This document shows, one piece after another, positions 23,791-32,180 of a stretch of 36,919 bases of DNA. The position numbers were made by a program, and so were the translations under genes. A model generated the notes under the pieces. That model was not told where the DNA came from. It made no database searches and saw only the letters and a program-made list of their open reading frames with translations. The first letter of the stretch is position 1; each line of letters starts with the position of its first letter. Origin of the DNA: a virus; IMG/VR virus record IMGVR_UViG_3300045988_093873. The stretch is one strand, 5' to 3'.

Positions 23791-24136
23791 AAACCAATTC
23801 GCTCATTTCCAGCAGGCAGTCTTTCAACATTTCGATCTGTTCTGCCTGCTCTGCAAATTTCTGTTCAGTGCTTTTTTCTTCCTTCGGAATATATTCCAGA
23901 TATTTTTCCGGTGATGCTCTTACAGTTTCCTCTGAAATCTTCTCCTGTCTTTCCCGGAACTGGTTGAAATCATATTCATACACTGCCTGTTCGATGTGTT
24001 CCGGATTCTCCGGATCTCCACCTGAATAAGTCTCTGTTACGATATTTTCATTCAGGCAGATCATTACATCTACTTTTCCGTCAGGCAGCGTATTCCAGGT
24101 TACAGGATCCTGCTTTTCTGTAAATCTTGCTTTCAC
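23783..24136 (-). CDS. Conserved fibre-adjacent protein (XkdW position), function unknown
   Basis: GTG at 24136 lies 6 nt after AGGAGGG. The 117-aa ORF overlaps the RT 3' end by 56 nt. Confidence 0.45.
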   Translation of the reverse strand: MKARFTEKQDPVTWNTLPDGKVDVMICLNENIVTETYSGGDPENPEHIEQAVYEYDFNQFRERQEKISEETVRASPEKYLEYIPKEEKSTEQKFAEQAEQIEMLKDCLLEMSELVYA

Positions 24137-25310
24137 GGCTTACCCTCCTTTTCGCTTTCTCAAATATCTTATCTACGTTATACTTTTCTCTGAAATATTT
24201 AGAATCGGAATGTTTGAACCATCCGTAATATGCTATACACCGGTACGCAAGATCTAATGGTATCGCTTTTCCTTTCTCCACATACTTCCCAGCTTTTACA
24301 AATGCCCTGCGTCCTCTCAGGAAAATGCTCCGTCTTACCTCTGTGCGATCCCGATAGATTTTGAATCCCATCATATCAATAGGTTCTCCATGATGTTTCC
24401 CGTCTTTGTCTATCCAGTCGATTTGGAACAACTTCCAATCTGGTTTTACCGTCAGATCTAAATACTCATTCATGTACTTAACCAAAAGCTTCATTGCTTT
24501 TCTTACGTCTGCCTTTCTGCTTCCAATCAGTAGGAAATCGTCCATGTAGAACAAGACATGATTAATCAGCCTGATCTCTTCTATTGTTCCGTCTCGGTGT
24601 TTCTTCCTCTTGAACAGCTTTTCAGCAGCATAATGATAAGCTGCGCTCAGATAATAATTACAGAGCCATTGGCTCAAGTATGATCCAATTGACAGTCCCT
24701 GATTGAATGAGTCAATTAAAACAAAAGTCAAATAAAGCAGATCCTCATTTCTGACCTGCTTCTCTAACATTCTTTTCAGTTTTCTCCTGTTAATGGATGG
24801 ATAACATTTCCGGACATCTCCCTTTGCTGCTATTCTGGTCTTGCCCGGATTCTTACGGATCCAGTTCTCAATTGCTGTCTTTCCATAAACCTGTCCCCTT
24901 CCTGGAATACTTGCGCACTGATAAGTTCCTATTTTTCTTTCAAATAGTTCTCTCAATCCGTTTGTGGCTACATAATCGTATATCTGCTGTTTTATGCACT
25001 CAACGCCTATATCTCTTACTTTTCCTGAATTTCCATCCAGCCTTGCGCTTGTCTTTATAGGATCAAAAGATACTTTTCTAAGTTTTATTTCTTCTTCCAT
25101 TCCTGCCGCTGCTGTGCAGACTAAATTATGTAACCAGTCTTTAAGGTTTTCTTTTATAATTCTGTGTATCTGTCTGGCTGTAATGATATTCGTATAGTTT
25201 GCCAGAAATCTGGCTGTATCCATACGGTTCCATTTATCGCTTAGACATTCGTAGATACATGCGGTTATAAAGTTCTGATCTAATGTTATGTTTTTGCAAT
25301 ACCGTTTCAT
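24081..25310 (-). CDS. Diversity-generating retroelement reverse transcriptase
   Basis: 409 aa. The RT motifs include CASIPGRG, GDVRKCYPSI, the LSIGSYLSQWLCNYYL motif 4 ([I/L]GxxxSQ, the DGR hallmark) and FYMDDFLLIG (the YxDD catalytic motif). A TR/VR pair lies immediately upstream. Confidence 0.9.
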   Translation of the reverse strand: MKRYCKNITLDQNFITACIYECLSDKWNRMDTARFLANYTNIITARQIHRIIKENLKDWLHNLVCTAAAGMEEEIKLRKVSFDPIKTSARLDGNSGKVRDIGVECIKQQIYDYVATNGLRELFERKIGTYQCASIPGRGQVYGKTAIENWIRKNPGKTRIAAKGDVRKCYPSINRRKLKRMLEKQVRNEDLLYLTFVLIDSFNQGLSIGSYLSQWLCNYYLSAAYHYAAEKLFKRKKHRDGTIEEIRLINHVLFYMDDFLLIGSRKADVRKAMKLLVKYMNEYLDLTVKPDWKLFQIDWIDKDGKHHGEPIDMMGFKIYRDRTEVRRSIFLRGRRAFVKAGKYVEKGKAIPLDLAYRCIAYYGWFKHSDSKYFREKYNVDKIFEKAKRRVSRESKIYRKAGSCNLEYAA

Positions 25311-25616
25311 TCGTTTCTTGATATAAGGGGTTTTCGGTGTTTCTACTCACCCCACACATGAATCAACTGCATTCATGGTCCTTGTCTCAGGCCCCTATGC
25401 TCCCGATCACAAGGTTCGGCTTCAATCAAATTTCGGTGATGCCCCACGCTGCTGTTGCAGGCTCCGTCCTGCGGAGCGAAATGTAACACAAATATCAAAT
25501 CATTTTCAAGAAAATCCGGAAACGATATTCCAGTTCGCATTGCCAACGCCATTGTTCGCATTCAGAATCCAGAGGCCGTAAATCGTGCCATTGTTCAGAT
25601 TGCCCAGGGACAGCCA
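25311..25616 (-). ncRNA. DGR template RNA region (TR plus a ~205-nt spacer preceding the RT)
   Basis: The stretch between TR and the RT start is non-coding and contains a hairpin GCTCCG-tcctg-CGGAGC (25461-77). Transcript ends were not determined. Confidence 0.55.
25516..25616 (-). repeat. DGR template repeat (TR)
   Basis: This 101-nt segment matches 25767-25867 at 89/101 positions, and all 12 mismatches are A in the TR sense strand. Read in the VR frame, the TR encodes WLSLGNLNNGTIYGLWILNANNGVGNANWNIVSG (9 AAY codons). Confidence 0.92.
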
Positions 25617-25701
25617 GGGAACAGGAACCGCTACCTCGTGTTACAAGTCCGTAATTTATTGCTATTCTGCTTTTTCGAAGTTGATTAGTTATCAGTTACA
25701 T

Positions 25702-25719
25702 AGAGGGGACAGCCCCTCT
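25702..25719 (-). other. GC hairpin one nt after the target stop codon (DGR target-recognition hairpin candidate)
   Basis: AGAGGGG-acag-CCCCTCT has a 7-bp stem and a 4-nt loop. No U-tract follows in the sense direction. It lies 47 nt 3' of the last VR/TR-matching base. Confidence 0.5.
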
Positions 25720-25720
25720 G

Positions 25721-28024
25721 TCAGGCTGCCGCCTGCCATTCACCCCGTGTGCCGTTCGGTGAAACGCCGGAAACGATATTCCAGTGCGCACTGCCAACGC
25801 CATAGTCCGCACTCAGAAGCCAGAGGCCGTAAACCGCGCCATAGTGCAGAGCGCCCAGGGACAGCCATTCTCTTTGGCCGCTCGTGCCTGAATCTGTATA
25901 CAGTCCATTGCAGAATCCTGTTGTACTTCCGGCTTTTGTTTCCGTCGGTACCATGATTCCCAGGGCTGGATCAACAAAGCATTTTGAGATGTATTTCCAT
26001 GATGCTGCTGTGTATGTTACCTGAGCCGCTACTTTCTTGTATCGTGTCTTTGCTGCATTCATATCCGTTGTAAGCAGTGACGCATCCATACAGATGTATA
26101 CGTCTCTCTTTGGTGTTCCGTCTTCATCTGTAACAATATCCATAAATACATTACTGAGGACTTCATAAGCACCGTATCCGGTTTCGATTCCCTGGATCTT
26201 GAATGGATTCTTGTTATCTGTATTTGAGAACGGTGATCCATCTGATCCAAGCACGCTGTCGGTTGAGCCGGTCCGCCATGGCATTGTTGAGATGCAGGTC
26301 GTTAATGTCGTGTTGAATGGTTCTGTGTCCAAATATATTGCAGAATTTGTATCGTCTACCGGTTCAATCTTCAAGATCTTCACGTCATATGCGAGGTTGT
26401 GCATGTATGCGTAATATCTATCTTTATTTGTATTTGAACCAATATCCCCGACAGATACATAAGACCCAACAATATAATTGTTGGCTTTTGCTTTTGGGAG
26501 AATCACTCTTGTTACTCCGGTTTCTGCAACTGCTGCCATTTCCTGCATTGAATAAGAATTACATCCAGCCATAACGCTTCGGCTGTTCGTTGTTGCATAT
26601 AAAATAATCATCATGAGCTGTTTGTAAAAGAGATCCCAGTTTGTTGTTCCCACGTACATTGAGCCTTTCTTTCTCATGTATGCGATCAGTCCTGTGTATG
26701 ATACTGGTTTTCCTCCTTTCTGGCTTCCGTTTGCCAGAATCAATCCAGCGGAGCTGTACGGCACTCCATCAATGTCTCCGGCTCCGTATTTTCCGTGGAT
26801 CATAAAAGGTGAAATTGTTCCGTCTGGATTAATTGACTCTCCCATTGGTCTAAGGCCAAGGGCTTCGTTCGGACTGTCTGAATAATGATAATCTACATAC
26901 TCAGGATTGTCTGTGATTCCAACCCATGCGGACATTGTGACCTCTCCCACATCTACTTTTCCGGTCTTTTTGAAATCCGGTTGTCCCTGCAGTGCAGTCA
27001 CATGGTTAAAGCCTTTATTATCTACGGTAAAATTACATGGAAAGTGCATGAATACGCCAATCTCCCTGTAATCATCCTGTCCGATTGCTGTATTTGTGGA
27101 CGGTTTTCTCACCAGTCCTTCATTGTCGTTCAGTTTCACGCCTGTTGGACTGGTAGAAGTGTCATACTTGTAGATTCTCGTTGTATATACTTTTCCAGTC
27201 CTGCGGAGGGCAAAGAAATTTGAAAGTGCGTTTTCAATTCCTCCACCTGCTGCAGTAATATTCTGAATCTGTTTATTTGCTTCTGTCTGTAAATTGTTCA
27301 CCGCAGTTTCTCCGGTCGTTTGGAGATCTGCCTGCAGCTGTGTTCCTTCTGTGATTTTTTCTCCCAGGGATGTGTTCAGATTAGAGGCGGTTTTATTTGT
27401 TGAATCCAATCCTGATTTTGTCTGTGTCGCAGTTGCATTTGATGAATCCAGGTCGGTTTTGGTTTTTCCGGCCGCTGTGTTTGAATCATCCAGATTCTTT
27501 TTTGCTGTATTTGCTGTTGAGACTGTGGTATCCAGCTGGCTTTTTAAAGCAGTTCCCTGTGTAATATCAGAGTCAAGTCCCTGTTTTAATGTCGTTCCTT
27601 GAGAAATATCTGATTCCAGATTTCCTTTTAACGTCTGTGCGGTGCTTATGGATCCATCCAGATCAGTTTTTCTTTGTGCAGCCGTTGTATTTGTACTGTC
27701 CAAATTCTTTTTTGCTGTATTTGCTGTTGAAACTGTAGTATCTAGCTGACCTTTTAAAGCAGTTCCCTGCTCGATATTCGAATCAAGACCCTGTTTCAAG
27801 GCTTCTGCTTTCTTTACATCTGCTGCAAATGTCTGTTCTGTATGTTCGTTTTTCGCTACTTTTTCGGTTATATCTGTCTGCGCTTCGAGAATGTCAGTTT
27901 TAACCTGATTGTATTCGTTGTTTTCATCCGAGACTGCATTTATCGCATTAACAATCGCATCTCTGACATCTCGCCCTTTTTGCGCTTTTGCAATCTGATC
28001 TGTGTATTTTTTTACGTTTGCCAC
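25721..28024 (-). CDS. Tail fibre / receptor-binding protein, the DGR target
   Basis: 767 aa. The N-terminus (KAQKGRDVRDAIVNAINAV) is typical of fibre anchors. Repeats with a 70-aa period (LDTTVSTANTAKKNLD...) form a shaft. The VR lies within the C-terminal globular part. Confidence 0.8.
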   Translation of the reverse strand: MANVKKYTDQIAKAQKGRDVRDAIVNAINAVSDENNEYNQVKTDILEAQTDITEKVAKNEHTEQTFAADVKKAEALKQGLDSNIEQGTALKGQLDTTVSTANTAKKNLDSTNTTAAQRKTDLDGSISTAQTLKGNLESDISQGTTLKQGLDSDITQGTALKSQLDTTVSTANTAKKNLDDSNTAAGKTKTDLDSSNATATQTKSGLDSTNKTASNLNTSLGEKITEGTQLQADLQTTGETAVNNLQTEANKQIQNITAAGGGIENALSNFFALRRTGKVYTTRIYKYDTSTSPTGVKLNDNEGLVRKPSTNTAIGQDDYREIGVFMHFPCNFTVDNKGFNHVTALQGQPDFKKTGKVDVGEVTMSAWVGITDNPEYVDYHYSDSPNEALGLRPMGESINPDGTISPFMIHGKYGAGDIDGVPYSSAGLILANGSQKGGKPVSYTGLIAYMRKKGSMYVGTTNWDLFYKQLMMIILYATTNSRSVMAGCNSYSMQEMAAVAETGVTRVILPKAKANNYIVGSYVSVGDIGSNTNKDRYYAYMHNLAYDVKILKIEPVDDTNSAIYLDTEPFNTTLTTCISTMPWRTGSTDSVLGSDGSPFSNTDNKNPFKIQGIETGYGAYEVLSNVFMDIVTDEDGTPKRDVYICMDASLLTTDMNAAKTRYKKVAAQVTYTAASWKYISKCFVDPALGIMVPTETKAGSTTGFCNGLYTDSGTSGQREWLSLGALHYGAVYGLWLLSADYGVGSAHWNIVSGVSPNGTRGEWQAAA
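25767..25867 (-). repeat. DGR variable repeat (VR) in the 3' end of the fibre gene
   Basis: It encodes WLSLGALHYGAVYGLWLLSADYGVGSAHWNIVSG and ends 14 codons before the stop. Confidence 0.92.
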
Positions 28025-28026
28025 TT

Positions 28027-28344
28027 TTATTCCCCCTTATTTACAAGGCAGTCTGAATATTCTTTTGACTTTAAATCTCTTACTTCTGACAGAACAGAGG
28101 TAAGCATGTAATCCATTAACGACGCAGGGATTCCATACTGTGCCATTGCTCCAAATACCACGTTTCGAATTTCTTCTGTTCTTTTGTCCAGGATTGCCCC
28201 TAACGGAGGAGCTTCTACTGTTTTCTCTACTGTATTATTATCCTCTTTCTGTTCCTGTGCGGTGCTTTCTTCTGTGTCCGACTCGGACACCTTTGTTTCT
28301 TCCTTAATAGTTTCTTTATTGTCCTTTTCTTTTACTTCATTCAT
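28027..28344 (-). CDS. Small acidic protein between Tal and the fibre, function unknown
   Basis: 105 aa. The N-terminal half is acidic and looks disordered, and the C-terminal half looks helical (GIPASLMDYMLTSVLSEVRDL). It carries copy B of the 25-nt repeat. Confidence 0.5.
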   Translation of the reverse strand: MNEVKEKDNKETIKEETKVSESDTEESTAQEQKEDNNTVEKTVEAPPLGAILDKRTEEIRNVVFGAMAQYGIPASLMDYMLTSVLSEVRDLKSKEYSDCLVNKGE

Positions 28345-31300
28345 TATGCTGTTTTCTCCTTTTCCTCATAGAGGTTTTGAATCAGTTTAAGCATTACCGG
28401 AATTAATACACGAAAGTTCCAGTCTTCCGGTTCTCCTTTTTCATTTAACTGTGCCGCTTCCGGGAAAATGCTGTATATGTCTTCTGCATAAAATCCCGGC
28501 ATTTTCTTTCCGTTTAACCAGTCTTCTGGACTGAGATAATTTTCTTTGTATTTAAACCATATCACTGGAACATTCAGCATTCTTTTCGCTTCATCTAATG
28601 TCATGTTTGCAATATGATCTTTATATCGCTTGGATGATGATGACAAATAAGCCACTGTTGCTCCGTCTCTTGCAAATACCATATGGCCTCCAGATGTCAC
28701 ATGGGAAAGATTAAATACTTTAAATGCGTCAGAACCATCCGAAAACGTTGAAGTACCCGTATGTATCTCTAACCCTCCATCAAAAATGAAAGCATGTGAT
28801 CGCATACTTAACGTTGCATATCCGGTGGTTATTTTTCCGCTTGCAACCGTAAAATTTCCGATAGTTCCTTTCTTCGCTGCAAATGAACCGTCTGTGTTAA
28901 TTTTAAAATAAGTATTCGCAGTAACCAAACCGTTGAAGTTAATTTTTGATGCGTTAATCTTAACGCTCTGCGCTGTCTGGTTAATTGATGATGCAATTTC
29001 TCCAGCAGATACTTTCGACTCTATTTCCGTCTCTGTCTGCGTGATTCGAGAGCTGAGAGTACTTTCCGCACCTTTCGCACGGGAAACCTCTGACGTGATC
29101 GAGTTTTCTGCAACTGTGATCCTGGATATTGCAGTTTCGGCCGTACTTTTTGCGGTGTCAGCTGTATTCTTTGCAGTGTTTGCTGTTGTCTGTGCTGCAT
29201 CTGCCTGGGCTTTTGCAACACTAATATCCTGATCCTGGATTCTTTCCCAGGATGCCGTTTTGCTTCCTGATGTTGTTCCGGAGCATTTCCATAGCAGATT
29301 TATATTGTTTCCGTAGCTTCCATGATTCGGACTTTCTGGATATGTCCCTTTTGTCAGTTCAGTTGCTGTATAGTTTGGCAGGTTCTCGATTGTTCCTGTC
29401 GCTTCTCCGGTTGTTCCAGTGACTGACGCTATCTTGAATCCGTAGAAACTATCGCTTGAAGTATCTGTACGCCAATATACATAAAATTCCGATGATGGGA
29501 CAAAAACAGATGCACCAGCAATGTCAGTTCCTCCCAGCTTCGCTGCAAGTTTCATTGTTCCGTTATCACTGTAATAAATCTTTACATAATCATAATTTAC
29601 GCTTTCCGTTCTGGAGTCTGATGAAAATGTGATCTTTAATCCAGGAACCTTATATGTATATCTGTACGCATATCCGGTTGTGATATCATAGTAAATATCT
29701 CCTATGTGCAGTGACTTTAAATCGTCGCTTGTCCAGGAGGACGCTGGTTCATTTGATGTTGTCGGTATTTTACTCCCGTAGAAATTACCATTTTTTTCTG
29801 ACACTGCCTGACGTACCGTAGTCACTTCAAGAGTGATGTTATCCGTCGCCATTTTGATAGCCGCCGTCATTTGTTCCGTTGTCGAGTAGCTTTTCAGTTT
29901 TTCATCTGTGTCTGCTTTTGCATTCTTTTCAGCATTATTCGCAGCGTTTTGTCCTGCCTTTGTAGCATTGCTTTCCGCAGCGTTTGCCGCATCCTGTCCA
30001 GCTTTTACTGCTGCATTGTATTTTTCTTCCACCTGCACTGTTGTTGTGTAGGTCTTTGACACTTCAAGGGAAATGCTGTCTGCCGCTTGTTTGATTGCAC
30101 TGTTCATTTCCAGTGTCGTAGAATAGTTTTTCAGTTTTGTATCTGTATCGTCTTTTGCATTCTTTTCTGCCTGATCTGCCGCGTCCTGGCCTTCCTGTAC
30201 TGCGTTTGCATAGAGTTTATTTGCCATCTCCTGTGTCGCATATGTCTTTGACACTGTTGAGAGGATATTTGTCTCGGTCAGTGTTATTGCTGATCTGAGT
30301 TTTTCTTCCTCTCCCTTTGCCCTGGATACTTCTGCAGTTATGAGTCCCTCCTGGACCTCGATTTTGGAAAGCGCAGATTCTGCTGTACTCTGAGCTGCTT
30401 CAATGTCCTTATCTTTTACCCTTACCCATCCATACTCATTACTGTCATTTTTCTGATACTGATAAGCATAGCCGGTTGTGGTATTGAAAAAGAGATCTCT
30501 TTCGTGTTCCTGCCTCAATTCGTCTGTCGTCCAGGCAGATGCCGGATTGTTTTCGGATGTTGGTTCATAATTTCCATACCAGTTTCCGGATTTCCTTTTC
30601 AGCTGCTGCTCCAAACTCGAAACAGAAAGAGTTATCTTTCCGTCCATGGCTTTCAGGGATGTTGTGACCTCTTTTAATATTGCTTTTTTGTTTTCTGAAT
30701 CCCCGTCCGATATTTTTGTTTCAATGTAATTTTTGCATTCTGTTGACAGAGCTTCTGTTTTAATCGAACCGGCAAGGATTCTCTCCCCTATAATCTGGCC
30801 ATCCAGTGTCATTCCGATCGTGTACGGGCCGTTATATCCATTGTGAGATCCGCCGATTCCGTTTTTATTTATCTGTAGTATATTTGTTGCCTGTTCTTTG
30901 TCCGGTGCATCCATATACAGATCCCGAAGCCAGAGACCGTTTTTATCAAATTCTGTGAGTTTGTATCCGCCTTTTGCTCCCGTCATTTGTTTCGTAAGAT
31001 TATCAATTGCGGATTTCATCCAAGACGCTTGAACTCTTCCAGCCTCTGTTGTTTCCTGCCGGATCTGAGTAAATGTCCCAGTAGTCTGATCTGTGAAAGA
31101 CTGCTGCAGATTTTCTCCCAGTGTCAACTGCGCCTGATCTGGTTGCTGCAATGGGATTTTCATTTCCATAACCGGCAATACTTTTTTCATTCCATACGGA
31201 ATTGCATTGCAGAGCACACGGTCTCCTATATCAAAAGAATCATAATCCTGGCCAAACAATGACAAATCCACTGCAGTCAGGGAAATGACAAGGTTCTCAT

Positions 31301-32180
31301 ACTGCTGCGTCGTCAGATATTCTGTTGCTTTTTTCAGGAGGTTCGCTGGCGTTGCTACATCGTCCCACTTCTCTGTTTTCCACACCCATCCGAAACTTTC
31401 TACCGCCTCTTTGCTGTATATGTAGTCTTTTCCGTCGTTTACGGATGTAATGTCCACATTCTTTTCAAGACGTTCAAATTCGGATGCGTTTTCGTCTGTT
31501 TCCTGTTCGATTGCTGCCCCCAGCGGGATCAGAGCTGTGATAACATCGTCGGCAGTCATTGTCTCTGAGTAATCAAGCAGGTTCTCTCCGAATTGAATTG
31601 GTTGTTCGCAATACTTGCCGTATTCCTGTATATTTATCCAGTCAAGGTATAGCTTGTCTTCTTCGTGTCTGAGTCTTAGGTATCCGCCCAGGCGATCAAC
31701 CAGTTTCTCCCTGATCGCTTCAAGGGTGTTTTCTCTGTCAGTTATCCTGTACAGAGAGTCATTGCTGTCATGGATCGTAACAACCCCGATATAGATTTTC
31801 TTTCTGTCCTCAACCTGATTATTGTGCAGCTGTAGCCACGCGTCTAACATTTCCCTGGGCGACATGTCGTGCCATTCCTGCTGCGGCAGAATCGTATCTG
31901 CCAGGAACGACAACGCTCCGGTTGCTTTAATCGGTTGATTTTTAAACCGGTCTTTTTCTCTTGTGCGGACTTCTCCGTAAAAGATTTCTGTTTTATCTCT
32001 GTACACTGAAATCATGCTTTTTCTGTTATGAATATCATTGTACAGAGGATTTAAAGCCGGTACTTTCAGGGTTAACTCTCCTGCATATCCTGTCTGCAGG
32101 TCCAGCTCCGGATTGATAACTGCTGCCTCCCGGTCTCCTGGATAATACAGGATCTTGCCATCTAATTTAATTTTGTACAT
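28344..32180 (-). CDS. Tail-associated lysin-like / tail tip protein (Tal; prophage-tail N-terminal domain) with a C-terminal Peptidase_S74 intramolecular chaperone domain
   Basis: 1278 aa and follows Dit. The N-terminus MYKIKLDGKILYYPGD... is typical of the phage minor structural protein / prophage tail endopeptidase family. The C-terminus SSSSKRYKDHI...GFYAEDIYSIFPEA...LIQNLYEE is S74-like. Confidence 0.75.
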   Translation of the reverse strand: MYKIKLDGKILYYPGDREAAVINPELDLQTGYAGELTLKVPALNPLYNDIHNRKSMISVYRDKTEIFYGEVRTREKDRFKNQPIKATGALSFLADTILPQQEWHDMSPREMLDAWLQLHNNQVEDRKKIYIGVVTIHDSNDSLYRITDRENTLEAIREKLVDRLGGYLRLRHEEDKLYLDWINIQEYGKYCEQPIQFGENLLDYSETMTADDVITALIPLGAAIEQETDENASEFERLEKNVDITSVNDGKDYIYSKEAVESFGWVWKTEKWDDVATPANLLKKATEYLTTQQYENLVISLTAVDLSLFGQDYDSFDIGDRVLCNAIPYGMKKVLPVMEMKIPLQQPDQAQLTLGENLQQSFTDQTTGTFTQIRQETTEAGRVQASWMKSAIDNLTKQMTGAKGGYKLTEFDKNGLWLRDLYMDAPDKEQATNILQINKNGIGGSHNGYNGPYTIGMTLDGQIIGERILAGSIKTEALSTECKNYIETKISDGDSENKKAILKEVTTSLKAMDGKITLSVSSLEQQLKRKSGNWYGNYEPTSENNPASAWTTDELRQEHERDLFFNTTTGYAYQYQKNDSNEYGWVRVKDKDIEAAQSTAESALSKIEVQEGLITAEVSRAKGEEEKLRSAITLTETNILSTVSKTYATQEMANKLYANAVQEGQDAADQAEKNAKDDTDTKLKNYSTTLEMNSAIKQAADSISLEVSKTYTTTVQVEEKYNAAVKAGQDAANAAESNATKAGQNAANNAEKNAKADTDEKLKSYSTTEQMTAAIKMATDNITLEVTTVRQAVSEKNGNFYGSKIPTTSNEPASSWTSDDLKSLHIGDIYYDITTGYAYRYTYKVPGLKITFSSDSRTESVNYDYVKIYYSDNGTMKLAAKLGGTDIAGASVFVPSSEFYVYWRTDTSSDSFYGFKIASVTGTTGEATGTIENLPNYTATELTKGTYPESPNHGSYGNNINLLWKCSGTTSGSKTASWERIQDQDISVAKAQADAAQTTANTAKNTADTAKSTAETAISRITVAENSITSEVSRAKGAESTLSSRITQTETEIESKVSAGEIASSINQTAQSVKINASKINFNGLVTANTYFKINTDGSFAAKKGTIGNFTVASGKITTGYATLSMRSHAFIFDGGLEIHTGTSTFSDGSDAFKVFNLSHVTSGGHMVFARDGATVAYLSSSSKRYKDHIANMTLDEAKRMLNVPVIWFKYKENYLSPEDWLNGKKMPGFYAEDIYSIFPEAAQLNEKGEPEDWNFRVLIPVMLKLIQNLYEEKEKTA

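Noticed and set aside
24081-25310. The RT considered as a retron or group II intron reverse transcriptase.
   Set aside because: It is adjacent to a TR/VR pair with adenine-only mismatches and carries the SQ-containing motif 4. There is no maturase/En domain, no intron-like flanking structure and no msr/msd-like inverted repeats.
25702-25719. The hairpin after the fibre gene considered as an ordinary rho-independent terminator.
   Set aside because: No U-tract follows in the sense direction, and TR/RT expression downstream would be blocked by efficient termination. I retained it as a DGR-associated hairpin candidate, although termination is not excluded.
25373-25956. Short ORFs across the TR and spacer (25373-25561 minus; 25375-25581, 25455-25688 and 25585-25956 plus) considered as possible Avd or accessory genes.
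   Set aside because: They are readings of the template repeat or spacer, or antisense to the VR. They have no RBS, and their sequences show no helical-bundle character.
28027-28344. The 105-aa protein upstream of the DGR target considered as an Avd candidate.
   Set aside because: It is strongly acidic with a disordered N-terminal half, whereas Avd proteins are basic four-helix bundles. It also lies on the wrong side of the target compared with the usual avd-TR-RT order. I kept it as a hypothetical protein.
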